DNA of 64,000 bases from an archaeon (lineage in GTDB: Archaea; Thermoplasmatota; Thermoplasmata; WALJ01), in the NCBI GenBank assembly GCA_024278375.1, contig JAJRTH010000092.1, forward strand, positions 6,193 through 70,192. Reading direction: 5' to 3'. This document shows, one piece after another, positions 38,790 to 48,380 of the stretch. The notes beneath the pieces are model-generated. The model saw only the letters and a list, made by a program, of their open reading frames with translations. It made no database searches and was not told the origin of the DNA. The position numbers and the translations under genes are program-made. Each line of letters starts with the position of its first letter. Position 1 is the first letter of the stretch.

Positions 38790-40242
38790 GTCTCCTCAGC
38801 TCCTTTATCTTTCTTCCTCTGTGGTCTATTATCTCCACTTCCATCGGCATGGTTCCGGGAAGCGTGTGCGTTGCACATGCGAGACAGGGGTCATAGGCTC
38901 TGAAAGCCATCTCTATGGTGTTCAGTATTCCATCATTTACCTTACCTTTCTTTATGACGCTCTTCGCAGCCTTTCTCACGCTCATACATATGCCACCGTT
39001 GTTGTGCGTCGTGGCCACTATTATGTTGACCTTCTCGGTGATTCCCTCTGGATTTGCGAAGTAATGATGTATGAGAACTCCTCTCGGTGCCTCCACACAT
39101 CCTACGCCTTCTCCGGGCACACCTATCTCCGCCCTGATATCTCTGTTGGTTATGCTTCTGTCCTTCACGAGTTGGAGTCCGTGCTCGGCCGCATAGAGGG
39201 TCTCTATTAGCCTTGTCCAGTGGTATGCCATGGTATGGTGCACCGGAGAACCTCCGAAAAACTCATAGAATTCTTTGAACTCTTCATTGGCCACCGGCGT
39301 GGTGAGACCTTCCGCTACATTCATCCTCGCAAGCGGCCCCACTCTGTATATTCCCGAATCCTTTCCGTCCTTAACTCCGTTCCATCCGACCTTTTTCAGG
39401 TACGGGAATTTTATGAAGGTCCAGGGTTCGACATGCTCCGCTATGTGCTCGAGGTATTCCGAGGGGTGGAATTTGGCGAACTCGTTGCCGTCGGGGTCGA
39501 TGACCCTCAGGTCTCCGTCGTAGAGGTTCAGCATGTTGTTCTTGTCCACGGTTCCCATGTAGTAGGTCCTGTGGATATATCCCTCGGAAAGTATGAGGTC
39601 CTTGTAGGCGGGGACTATCTTATCTTTGAGAAGAGCCAGGGATTCCTTGACGAACTCAAGGGTCTCCTCCATCTTCTTCTCCATCTCCTGTCTCTCTTCA
39701 TCCGTTATTCCCTTCGAGACTCCTCCAGGAAGGCCGAATACAGAGTGTATCGCCTTTCCTCCTATAATCTCCTGGATGTCGGTCATATTCTTCATGTTCC
39801 TGAGAACTTTCTTAACCAGGTCCTCTCCGACTTTGTCTATCATTCCCAGGACATTCCTGCTAGCCCTGGGAGCATCCGGCCCCATCACGAAATCCGGTGC
39901 AGCAAGGACATAGAAGTGGAGCAGATGGTCATGGACAGTGAAGGCATCGTAGTAAAGCTCCCTTATCTTCCTGGCCGTTTCTGTGGGCTTCGTTTTGAAC
40001 ACCGCATCAATGGCTTTTGTGGATGCCATCACGTGGGCTCCCGGGCAGACACCGCATATTCTCGGCGTGATTCTGGCAAGCTCTTCCACCGCCCTTCCGA
40101 CACAGAAGCGCTCGAATCCCTTGAATTCAACGGTCTGGAAATAGGCATCCTCCACATTTCCCGTTTCATCCAGGAATATGGATATCTTAGCCTCACCCTC
40201 CAGCCTGGTAACCGGATTTATCGTTATCTCCTTGGTATTCAT
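38764..40242 (-). CDS. mvhA: [NiFe]-hydrogenase large subunit, group 3c (MvhA-like)
   Basis: PVTRLEG, L1 RICGVC, EAPRG...HHY, L2 AYDPCLACATH followed by a cleavable tail; Cys rather than Sec. Confidence 0.92.
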   Translation of the reverse strand: MNTKEITINPVTRLEGEAKISIFLDETGNVEDAYFQTVEFKGFERFCVGRAVEELARITPRICGVCPGAHVMASTKAIDAVFKTKPTETARKIRELYYDAFTVHDHLLHFYVLAAPDFVMGPDAPRASRNVLGMIDKVGEDLVKKVLRNMKNMTDIQEIIGGKAIHSVFGLPGGVSKGITDEERQEMEKKMEETLEFVKESLALLKDKIVPAYKDLILSEGYIHRTYYMGTVDKNNMLNLYDGDLRVIDPDGNEFAKFHPSEYLEHIAEHVEPWTFIKFPYLKKVGWNGVKDGKDSGIYRVGPLARMNVAEGLTTPVANEEFKEFYEFFGGSPVHHTMAYHWTRLIETLYAAEHGLQLVKDRSITNRDIRAEIGVPGEGVGCVEAPRGVLIHHYFANPEGITEKVNIIVATTHNNGGICMSVRKAAKSVIKKGKVNDGILNTIEMAFRAYDPCLACATHTLPGTMPMEVEIIDHRGRKIKELRRLECDNRSG

Positions 40243-40277
40243 CTTAAACCTCCTTTCGGATGATTCCTGCCGGACCA

Positions 40278-41249
40278 TCATTCATCGTCCAACCTCCTGT
40301 TGATTATCGCAGAGGGAAGGGTGAACCTGTAAAAGGTTCCCGTCGGGTCCGCTATTCTCTCGAGAAGTTCACGCAGTCCTTCTTCTCCGAGTTCAACCTC
40401 TTTGTCCGCAGCAAGAAGCGATGTTATGGCCGAAAGCATCTTGGAACCCTGGTCCTTTATTCCGGGAGGGGGGCCAAAACATCCCCTGCACGGCATATTG
40501 GCATTTATGCAACGGGTCCCGCATCCAGATCTGGTGGCAGGTCCCATGCAGATTATGCCCTGCGCCAGGAAACAAAGATTCGGGTCAGCCTCCTTCTCAT
40601 GGGGCCTGTAGAATCCGTCTATGACCATTTTCTCGGGCTTCTCCCTCTTACACTCGTCGCAGAGCGCTCTGGTTCCGGCTATGACTGTTCCCTTGGGAGG
40701 CAGCTCCTCACCCTTGGAATAGGCCACGGCCACGCCTATGAGGTCTCTTATCTGGGATTCCACAGGAGGACATCCGGGAACATAATAGTCCATGTCCACG
40801 AGATTGTCATGGGAATGGCCGAGATTGTAGAGTTTTGGCAGGGTGAGGATCTTTCCGTCCACCTTCGACCTCTCAGAAGGCCATTCTCCTTTGTCGGTGC
40901 TTATGCTCTCGTATGCCGTTCTCATCACCTCATCCCGATCTGGACTCAGATTGACAAGGCCTGGAATGCCGCCGAAACAGGCGCACGAGCCGAAAGCGAC
41001 CATGACCTTCGATTTTTTCCTGAGTAATTTCAGTATTTCCTCCTGTTCGGATGTCCTTATGGAGCCGTGGCTCAGGGTTATATCTATGTAGTCGATGGCC
41101 TCCAGATCCTCGTGTTTTGGGTCCGCTCCGGTCGGCCAGTACACTATCTCTGCGATTTTCGCAAGATCAGCGAAATCCTCACCTATGTCGGCGATTGCCA
41201 CATCGCATCCGGAACATGAGCCGAGCGGTGCAATTGCAATCCTTATCAT
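40278..41249 (-). CDS. mvhG: [NiFe]-hydrogenase small subunit (MvhG-like)
   Basis: CSGC, GSCAC.GGIPGL, PGCPP, CDEC, CF..QG..CMGP.T..GC...C....PCRGC. Confidence 0.92.
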   Translation of the reverse strand: MIRIAIAPLGSCSGCDVAIADIGEDFADLAKIAEIVYWPTGADPKHEDLEAIDYIDITLSHGSIRTSEQEEILKLLRKKSKVMVAFGSCACFGGIPGLVNLSPDRDEVMRTAYESISTDKGEWPSERSKVDGKILTLPKLYNLGHSHDNLVDMDYYVPGCPPVESQIRDLIGVAVAYSKGEELPPKGTVIAGTRALCDECKREKPEKMVIDGFYRPHEKEADPNLCFLAQGIICMGPATRSGCGTRCINANMPCRGCFGPPPGIKDQGSKMLSAITSLLAADKEVELGEEGLRELLERIADPTGTFYRFTLPSAIINRRLDDE

Positions 41250-41674
41250 CTCTCACCCTCCTTCATTCTCGGAACAGGGCCGAGTTTTCTGACTTCATCT
41301 ATGAAGTCGTCCATGACCTCCGCAAACTTCTTTCCCTCGCTTGCAGAGACCCACTCGAGCCTCAATCTTCTGGGGTTTATTCCCATCTGCTCAAGCATTC
41401 TCTCCATGACCACCTTTCTCTTGTACGTCTTGAAGTTTCCGTTCACATAGTGGCAGTCAGTCGGCGTATGGCACCCGCCTATGAAAACACCGTCCGCACC
41501 CTCTCTGAATGCCTCGAGAACGAACTGCGGGTCCACCCTTCCGGAGCACATGACCCTTATGGGCACTACATTTGGCGGATATTTCAGCCTGCTGACGCCC
41601 GCAAGGTCGGCACCGCTGTATGCACACCAGTTACACAGAAACGCAACAATCCTGGGTTCAAAACTCTTCCTCAC
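41246..41674 (-). CDS. mvhD: MvhD [2Fe-2S] subunit
   Basis: FLCNWCAYSGADLAG, RVMCSGRVD, GGCH..DCHY..GN, WVSASEG. Confidence 0.95.
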   Translation of the reverse strand: MRKSFEPRIVAFLCNWCAYSGADLAGVSRLKYPPNVVPIRVMCSGRVDPQFVLEAFREGADGVFIGGCHTPTDCHYVNGNFKTYKRKVVMERMLEQMGINPRRLRLEWVSASEGKKFAEVMDDFIDEVRKLGPVPRMKEGER

Positions 41675-41675
41675 T

Positions 41676-43625
41676 CTATCCCTCCTGGAGTATGGAGCGT
41701 ATCATATCGAAAATCTGCTCCTGTGTCCCATTCTTGAGGGTCATGGCTCCTGACGGACATGCCGCAGCGCAGGAACCGCACCCCTCGCACATTACCGCAT
41801 TGACCTCCGCATGACCGGCAACGAGGCTTATCGCACCATAGGGACATACGGATATGCAGACCTCACACCCGGAGCACAGGTCTTCGTCGACCTGAGCCAC
41901 GGCGGGTTCATGTTCCAGATATTCCTGTCCGATTACGGAGAGCGCCTTGCTGGCGGCCGCACTTGCCTGTGCAACCGTATCTGGTATGTCCTTTGGGGCC
42001 TGGGCAGCACCTGCCAGGAAAAACCCGGGGGTGGAGCTTTCTACCGGTCTCAGTTTCGGATGAACCTCTTTAAGGAACTCATTCTCGTCGGCAGCGCAGT
42101 TTAGGACATCTATTATCTCGCCGGTACCTTTTCCCGGTACCATCGCCATGGCAAGGACCACAAGATCGGCCTCTATCTCTATCTTCTCGCCCAGAAGCGT
42201 ATCGACACCCCATACGACGAGCTTGTCCCCTTTTCTGAACACCTTGGAAGGTTTGCCCCGAAGATAGACTATTCTGTCCTCCTCCATGGCACGATGTATG
42301 AACTCCTCGTATCCTTTTCCCGCTGCCCTTATATCAATATAGAATATGTAGGCTTCACCGTCCTCCACATGGTGTTTGTAAAGCATGGCATGCTTTGCGG
42401 TGTACATGCAGCATATCTTCGAGCAGTATGGGAGGTGGTTGTCAGGGTCCCTCGAACCGGCACACTGGATGAAGACGACCCTTTTCGGTACTTTTCCATC
42501 GGAAGGCCTTCTGACCTCACCCTTGGTCGGCCCGGAAGCCGAAAGCATCCTTTCGAACTCAAGCCCGTTTATTATGTCCTCGTCTTCTCCGTACCCGTAT
42601 TCTCCGAGCATCTTTTTCGGATACAGGTCATATCCCGTGGCCACTATTATGGCACCCACCTCCTCTTCTATGATCTCAGGGTGAACATCGTAATCTATGG
42701 CCTCGACATCGCAGACCTCAATACATTTCCCGCATTTTATCGGGTCCAGACCCAGACATTTGTCCATGTCAAGCGTATAGGTGGATGGCACCGCCTGAGG
42801 GAACGGAAGATATATGGCCTTCCTGATGCTAAGACCCATATCGAACTCGTTCGAAACCACCACCGGACAGACATCCTCGCAGTCAGTGCATAAATTGCAC
42901 TTCTCCGGGTCGACATATCTTGGCTTTTGCTTTATTTTAACCTTGAAGTTGCCGACATATCCAGATATGTCAATGACCTCGCTGTATGTCATAAGTCTGA
43001 TCCTCGGATTTCTGGAAACGGCAACCATCTTCGGGGTCAATATGCACTGGGAACAGTCAAGAGTCGGGAAAGTTTCCGATAGCTGTGCCATATGGCCCCC
43101 TATGCTCGTCTCCTTTTCCACAAGAATTACATCATAACCGGCGTCCGCCACGTCCAGAGCGGCCTGAATTCCGGCTATTCCCCCACCTATAACCAGGACC
43201 CTCGGGGTGACTCCGACCTTCACAGGTTCTAGCGGTTCGTTTCCGACGACCTTTCTGACCATGCTCCTCGTTATCTTTATTGCCTTTTCCGTCCCTTTTT
43301 CCATGTCGTCGTGTACCCAGCTGCACTGTTCCCTTATGTTGGCTATTTCTACGTCATAGGGATTGAGCCCCACATCCTCGGCAGCGCTCCTGAAAGTCGC
43401 TTCATGCATGCCGGGTGAGCAGGCCGCTATTATGACCTTGTCCAGCCTGTGCTCCTTTATGGCCTCCTGAACCAGGCTCTGCCCGGGTCCGGAACACATG
43501 TACTTGTAAGTGGTGCTGAAAACCACATCCTTGTCCCTACCCAGGGCTTCGGCGACCTTTTCCACATCAACCGTGCCAGCGATATTGAAACCGCAGTGGC
43601 ATACGAAAACTCCTACTCTTGCCAC
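41676..43625 (-). CDS. hdrA: Heterodisulfide reductase subunit A (electron-bifurcating flavoprotein)
   Basis: GVFVCHCG.NI, YMCS, ACSP..HE, NIREQCSWVH, IGGGIAG, TFPTLDC..C, QCAGSRD, YCSKICC, ferredoxin motifs. Confidence 0.96.
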   Translation of the reverse strand: MARVGVFVCHCGFNIAGTVDVEKVAEALGRDKDVVFSTTYKYMCSGPGQSLVQEAIKEHRLDKVIIAACSPGMHEATFRSAAEDVGLNPYDVEIANIREQCSWVHDDMEKGTEKAIKITRSMVRKVVGNEPLEPVKVGVTPRVLVIGGGIAGIQAALDVADAGYDVILVEKETSIGGHMAQLSETFPTLDCSQCILTPKMVAVSRNPRIRLMTYSEVIDISGYVGNFKVKIKQKPRYVDPEKCNLCTDCEDVCPVVVSNEFDMGLSIRKAIYLPFPQAVPSTYTLDMDKCLGLDPIKCGKCIEVCDVEAIDYDVHPEIIEEEVGAIIVATGYDLYPKKMLGEYGYGEDEDIINGLEFERMLSASGPTKGEVRRPSDGKVPKRVVFIQCAGSRDPDNHLPYCSKICCMYTAKHAMLYKHHVEDGEAYIFYIDIRAAGKGYEEFIHRAMEEDRIVYLRGKPSKVFRKGDKLVVWGVDTLLGEKIEIEADLVVLAMAMVPGKGTGEIIDVLNCAADENEFLKEVHPKLRPVESSTPGFFLAGAAQAPKDIPDTVAQASAAASKALSVIGQEYLEHEPAVAQVDEDLCSGCEVCISVCPYGAISLVAGHAEVNAVMCEGCGSCAAACPSGAMTLKNGTQEQIFDMIRSILQEG

Positions 43626-43939
43626 AGTTTTTCCTCCTCGTAAAATCCTTTGAAAACGAGCCTTTCACAGCGGAGCAAAGCAGCAGAAAAAATCTCTGAT
43701 TTCGCTCCATTTATCCTTACTCTTTTCGGGTGGGCGACCTTTTCTGTATTTGAAATACAAGTTCCAATTCGGCTTTTTATTGCCATTTTAACGCCCGACA
43801 GCGAGGGAAACTGGTTGCATTATTTAAGAGTATCGCACTCCGACTTAGTAAAAACTGGAAAAACTTGCTATCCGAGGATGTTTCTGTCCCATTCATTCAG
43901 GCAAGAGGTGTACGGGCCGTTTGCAGTGATGTCGTAGTT

Positions 43940-45150
43940 TTCCGGCACGTTGTAGCTTTATTCTTCATAGTTTGTCAATGTGTCGTTAGGTGTTCCGAGA
44001 TTTGAAACAAAATCTTGAAAAGGTAACATAGAACTCATCAGGATTCCTCCGAATGTTTATCAATAAATAATATCAATTGGAATCTAATTTCTTTTTAAAT
44101 GAGTTTTCATATCCTTCTGCTATCTCTAGATTATATTCTAAATAATGCATACAAAGTTTATTGCCGTTTTTAGTGTTATATCTATGCGAAATATTTTTCA
44201 TTCATTCTGAATATAGTCACATAAGTCAATATCTTTATGGAAGACACTCCTTTTTTAAATAATATGAATTCTCGAAAGGTTTTTCTGTTAAATACAGTAA
44301 AATAGTCTTCCCTAATTTCGATTTCTTTTGGATACCCTAAAAATAAATTGAAGGTATTGAAATCGAAATAAATTAATATCTAATTTTGGAGTTAAACTTA
44401 TATCTGGAATCTCAATTTTTTCTTGTTTATCTGGGAATATGAGAGACTATGGCATCTACTACGGTTTCTATCGCATTTTTTTATGACATTGGAGAACAAT
44501 CTCAATAATGAGGTTACTGCATTCATTATATCTTTAATGATATAAAATACACCTGCGAGAGGACCGTAAACTGCATTCTTCAAATCATCAATCTGGGCCT
44601 GTGAAAGTTCTCCTTGTTCTTCATATGCAGCTCTGGCACGACCTATTGCATATAACTAGGCCATAATCCACAGTTCCATTAAAGAAGTAAGAAGACTTTT
44701 TATGCCGCTAAGTAAGTTAATAGCTTGTTCAATTATCCACTCCAAAAGCCAGCTCAGTGCATCCATAAACGAATTCCATGCTTTTTGTAATGCTCCCGCA
44801 ACAGCATTCCAGATATCTCTCACGAAGTCAAGGACACCGGCGAACAATCCTTTTACCGTGTGATCGTATCTGAGTCCGTTTCCTGCAATGTCCTCCGCTT
44901 TTAGATGGACGATGTATTCTTCCAGACCTGAGCCGAATCCTATGTCAAGGGTCGTGTTGAACCATCCGTTGTGATGCACAGAGCATGATATTTCCGCATA
45001 GAACGACCATACGCTGTTATCCGCATGAAACCCAGGAGTTCCACCGATTTCAAGATGGAATCCGGCATTGTTTTCAGCTACGAGAGACTCCGGGAAAATT
45101 CTTGCCGATGGAAAACAAATAGGGTTCTCCGCCATCCTGTCCTGAAACAT
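43940..45150 (-). pseudogene. AT-rich decayed remnant of the C-terminal part of a large secreted protein, adjacent to the tRNA 3' end
   Basis: ORF 44656-45150 (Ig-like AEDIAGN, then amphipathic Trp-spaced helices) continues in frame through TAG 44656-44658 into ORF 44398-44583. Further frameshifts follow in A-runs. Boundaries are approximate. Confidence 0.5.
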
Positions 45151-45257
45151 GCCTGGAAGAATATAATCTGCATATTTAATCTTTATCTCGATGTGGTAAA
45201 TGTGGTCCCCTATTCAGGCCAGAGAGATGCACAGAACCTCTGCCACCCGGAAGGATG

Positions 45258-45332
45258 CGGACCCGGGGGGATTCGAACCCCCGTCCCCGGCTCCGAAGGC
45301 CGGAAGGATGATCCAGGCTACCCTACAGGCCC
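45258..45332 (-). tRNA. tRNA-Arg (anticodon TCG), intronless, CCA not encoded
   Basis: GGGCCTGTAGGGTAGCCTGGATCATCCTTCCGGCCT-TCG-GAGCCGGGGACGGGGGTTCGAATCCCCCCGGGTCCG folds into a cloverleaf; TATA-like TTTTTAA upstream. Confidence 0.96.
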
Positions 45333-45369
45333 AGCGAAAACAGAATGTCGGGTGTGTTAAAAAGCTTTG

Positions 45370-45552
45370 TCACTTTTTCTTTATGAATTCCGTATAGCCG
45401 CATTTGCCGCAGGAGACCCGGTCCTTATGAACGGCAAGGAAAACTCCCGGTCCGCACTTCGGGCATGTACGCCTTATGCGCATGAGTTTCCCGTTCTCCA
45501 CCTTGTAGTAGTTGGATTTTTTGACCGCCGGTTTCTTGGCCTTATCCGCCAT
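45370..45552 (-). CDS. rps27ae: 30S ribosomal protein S27ae
   Basis: [27 protein letters not shown]. Confidence 0.96.
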   Translation of the reverse strand: MADKAKKPAVKKSNYYKVENGKLMRIRRTCPKCGPGVFLAVHKDRVSCGKCGYTEFIKKK

Positions 45553-45863
45553 CACTCACCACCTTCCTCCTCTTTTTTCTCCTTCACCACGGCATTTCTT
45601 TTCTTTATGTGCTCTCTTTCCACGCTCTTGAGATCATCCACCGTCTTATAGGCCTTGGCATATCCGACCGTGACAGGCATACCGTATTCGCTTCGCATGT
45701 AATCTATCACCACGAGTTCTCGGGGGACTTTCAGAGCTTCGGCTACCTTTCCTCTGACAGCATCCCTTTTCGGCGTCTTTTCCCGGGGGTGCTCGACCTT
45801 AAAGTACACTTCCGTTCTTTTCAGCAGGGCGTTTTCCCTTTTGTTCGTTATTTCGATTTCCAT
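45552..45863 (-). CDS. rps24e: 30S ribosomal protein S24e
   Basis: [26 protein letters not shown]. Confidence 0.95.
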   Translation of the reverse strand: MEIEITNKRENALLKRTEVYFKVEHPREKTPKRDAVRGKVAEALKVPRELVVIDYMRSEYGMPVTVGYAKAYKTVDDLKSVEREHIKKRNAVVKEKKEEEGGE

Positions 45864-45864
45864 T

Positions 45865-46398
45865 TTATGCCTCCGTCTTTTTCATCCTGGACAGGGCGTC
45901 ATTCGCTTTTTTTCTGGTCTTTTCGTCCACTTTCACCACGCACATCCCTTCATCGGGAATCCCATAGACAACGTATGCGCCGTCAGGTGCGAGTGATATG
46001 CATACGAGAGATGCGAGGTCCTCTTCGCCATCGACCTTTATAAGGGTTCTTTCTTCGGACTCCATCGCGTTTTTTACCGCATTCCACAGTTCTGCGGTGA
46101 TGGTTGCTTCCGGGTTTCTCACCGTGACCGTTTTTTCCGCAGAAATGTCATCCAGGTCTAAATGGGAAGAGCGCTTTGTTTTGCCGTCTACAACGGCGAG
46201 ATGCGGCATAATGCCTCTCTGATATAAAGTTATCGAGCAGACATCTCCGACGGATATTATGTACTCTCCATGAAGAGAATCGATCTCGAAATCCTCAATA
46301 ATTGGTCCAAGAGGTTCCGCCAGCTCTTTTCTCATCTCATCCGGAAGAATCCATATTGCTTCAGGACTCTCCTCTGACTTTGAGCGCATATCTGCCAT
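45865..46398 (-). CDS. GTP-dependent dephospho-CoA kinase (DUF359)
   Basis: LAEPLG, SVGD, VDGKTKR, NP..TIT, VDGEEDL, YGIP.EG; conserved operon position. Confidence 0.92.
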   Translation of the reverse strand: MADMRSKSEESPEAIWILPDEMRKELAEPLGPIIEDFEIDSLHGEYIISVGDVCSITLYQRGIMPHLAVVDGKTKRSSHLDLDDISAEKTVTVRNPEATITAELWNAVKNAMESEERTLIKVDGEEDLASLVCISLAPDGAYVVYGIPDEGMCVVKVDEKTRKKANDALSRMKKTEA

Positions 46399-46558
46399 TG
46401 TTCTCTATCCCCATCTTTCTGGCTATCTCCGATTTCGTATAATCGACGATTATGAGATATCCCTGCCATTCTCTGGATGTCTCTCCTCCGCATATGGGAC
46501 ATGTTTTTTCGGGAGTAAGGTATCTGCATTTCTTGCAGGCTTTTAGATCTTTCGTCAT
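46361..46558 (-). CDS. spt4: Transcription elongation factor Spt4 (RpoE'')
   Basis: ACKKC, CPICG, WQG..II.D...SEIA, GRYALKVR. Confidence 0.95.
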   Translation of the reverse strand: MTKDLKACKKCRYLTPEKTCPICGGETSREWQGYLIIVDYTKSEIARKMGIENNGRYALKVRGES

Positions 46559-47112
46559 TTCGCCCCCTCCTTCTTTCGGTCCTCTTCGAGCCATTCGATT
46601 TTCCCGAGACCTGGCTGTTTCATGGTCAGCCCTATCTTGGATTCTCGCGGGGAGCGCTCGTTTATTGCCACGGAGACTATTCTCGCCCTCACCTCATCCT
46701 CTATTTTCAGGAATCTTTTGGTATCCGCAGCGACAAGCCTCTGATTCGCAAGGTCGACATCTATCCTATCGGTGGTTATCTGGCTTATGTGTATGAGCCC
46801 GTCCAGAGGACCGAATCTGACAAAAGCCCCGAATTTGACGACCTCGCATACGAATCCGTTTATGACCTCTTTGTCCTTAACCTCGAAAGAAAGTGCCTCA
46901 TACTCGACCTTCTGATACACGGCACCGTCTCCGTATACCATCCTTCCCTCCCCCATCAACTTTATATCCTTTACAAGAACGACCATTATGTTGTCGTGCA
47001 TTGTGCCTTCAAAGGTCTCCTGTGCAATCTCCTTGCACACCCTCTCGTAGTCCTCTGAAAGGCGCTCTGGAGGAATTCTCACGGTATCGACTCTCTTTTC
47101 CATAAGATACAT
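46555..47112 (-). CDS. rpo7: DNA-directed RNA polymerase subunit E' (Rpo7)
   Basis: VRIPP, GDGAVY, FGAFVRFGPLDGLIHISQI, VRARIV, KIGLTMKQPGLGK.EW. Confidence 0.96.
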   Translation of the reverse strand: MYLMEKRVDTVRIPPERLSEDYERVCKEIAQETFEGTMHDNIMVVLVKDIKLMGEGRMVYGDGAVYQKVEYEALSFEVKDKEVINGFVCEVVKFGAFVRFGPLDGLIHISQITTDRIDVDLANQRLVAADTKRFLKIEDEVRARIVSVAINERSPRESKIGLTMKQPGLGKIEWLEEDRKKEGAK

Positions 47113-47264
47113 AAGTATCACCTTTTCTTCCCGAGTAAGTTTTCTCATATAAAGTTATGGCGGCAGAAAAAAGAATTGTGATTGGAGAATTTTTTCCTCC
47201 GAGGTGTTCTAAAAGGTGTGAATGCATCCTATATATACCTATCGCAGAAGTTAAACACATGTAC

Positions 47265-47279
47265 CGAAAATCTTAAATA
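47265..47279 (+). promoter_or_regulatory. BRE/TATA promoter of the putative pilus operon
   Basis: CGAAAA-TCTTAAATA; SD GGAGGT at 47311-47316 before ATG47324. Confidence 0.65.
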
Positions 47280-47323
47280 AACCCAGACGAAATGAGCAGC
47301 AGAAAAACATGGAGGTTTTTAAA

Positions 47324-48346
47324 ATGAAAAAAGGAATCCAGATCGGATTGATATGGGCCGTCGCATTCCTCCTTCTCTTCCCTGTGGGGAATGTGATGGC
47401 CGTGGATGTGCAGAGCGCCAACGACACCAGTACGACAATAAGCTGTGTCGTACAGACAGGTTCACCAGTTATAAACGACGTGAAATTCATGGACAGTAGC
47501 TGGACATTGAGGAATAACACTCAGATAGATGTCCTGCAGACCTACTACTTCGTTGTGGACGTCACTCAGGACGCAGGATGGGTGAACATAACCTATGTGA
47601 ACATAACCCTGTCCTTCGATTTCGGAGATGATTCCGACATCAAACCCTATGTCGGGACCAACAACACGCAGTTCAGACTCGTTTATGAGAACACCACCGG
47701 AACAGCTTCATTCGGTCTTGCATCCGCAGGAAACGGTGAAGTCACCTTTGTTGCCGGTACGGAGACCTATGTGAACGATACCACAAGGATTCTCAACTTC
47801 TCGTTCACACCGCAGAACGAGATAAGACATGCCACCGGTGCCGGTACGGGAGGTCTCGGCTTCAATGACCTCTATTCCTGGAACTATAGGGTAAATGCTA
47901 CGAATAATGACGGGCTCGTATCTTCGAACTGGGATGATGAATTCGGAGTTTACAGATATACCAGCATATCCGCGTCCGGAGACCCCACAGGAAGCGGCAA
48001 TCCCGGTCAAACCGTAACGCTCTCCCCGTCAACCACGGTAACGTTCAGCGCTAACGAGGAGTTCAATCTGAGCGTTAGCATAAGCGATCTTACCAGCGGT
48101 ACGAACACAATAGCCGCGACGAATGTGGAAGTTCTCGGCGGGAACATAGCCGCATATACCGCGTTTGGCGGTGCTGGCGTCGTCCAGTGGATATATGGCG
48201 GTGCTGGAAGCTGGCAGGCTCCTTATGACACATACAACCCGTCATTGGACCATCAGGTGCAGACCGATTGGAGAGTGAACATACCGTTCGGTACTCCTAC
48301 GGGAACATACAGCTCGCCGGTGACCTACACGATAGAAGTGAACTAA
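47324..48346 (+). CDS. Secreted two-domain beta-sandwich protein with WxL/spore-coat-U-like C-terminus; putative major pilin
   Basis: Sec signal (..GNVMA|), short N-terminal extension (TTISCVV), no membrane anchor, FNLSVSISDL and terminal IPFGTPTGTYSSPVTYTI; many N-x-S/T sequons. The ORF is secure; the function is inferred. Confidence 0.65.
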   Translation: MKKGIQIGLIWAVAFLLLFPVGNVMAVDVQSANDTSTTISCVVQTGSPVINDVKFMDSSWTLRNNTQIDVLQTYYFVVDVTQDAGWVNITYVNITLSFDFGDDSDIKPYVGTNNTQFRLVYENTTGTASFGLASAGNGEVTFVAGTETYVNDTTRILNFSFTPQNEIRHATGAGTGGLGFNDLYSWNYRVNATNNDGLVSSNWDDEFGVYRYTSISASGDPTGSGNPGQTVTLSPSTTVTFSANEEFNLSVSISDLTSGTNTIAATNVEVLGGNIAAYTAFGGAGVVQWIYGGAGSWQAPYDTYNPSLDHQVQTDWRVNIPFGTPTGTYSSPVTYTIEVN

Positions 48347-48380
48347 CCCCAATCCCCTTCCCTCTTCTGAGGGGAAAACG

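Noticed and set aside
38764..43625. Selenocysteine in HdrA/MvhD/MvhA, or at the TGA in the DUF99 gene
   Set aside because: The relevant Hdr/Mvh positions are Cys codons with no in-frame TGA. The DUF99 TGA is not in a Cys-type motif, and no convincing SECIS was seen.
43860..45332. Provirus or integrative element at tRNA-Arg
   Set aside because: No integrase, no duplicated tRNA 3' end (att) and no viral hallmark genes were found; only a decayed fragment is present.
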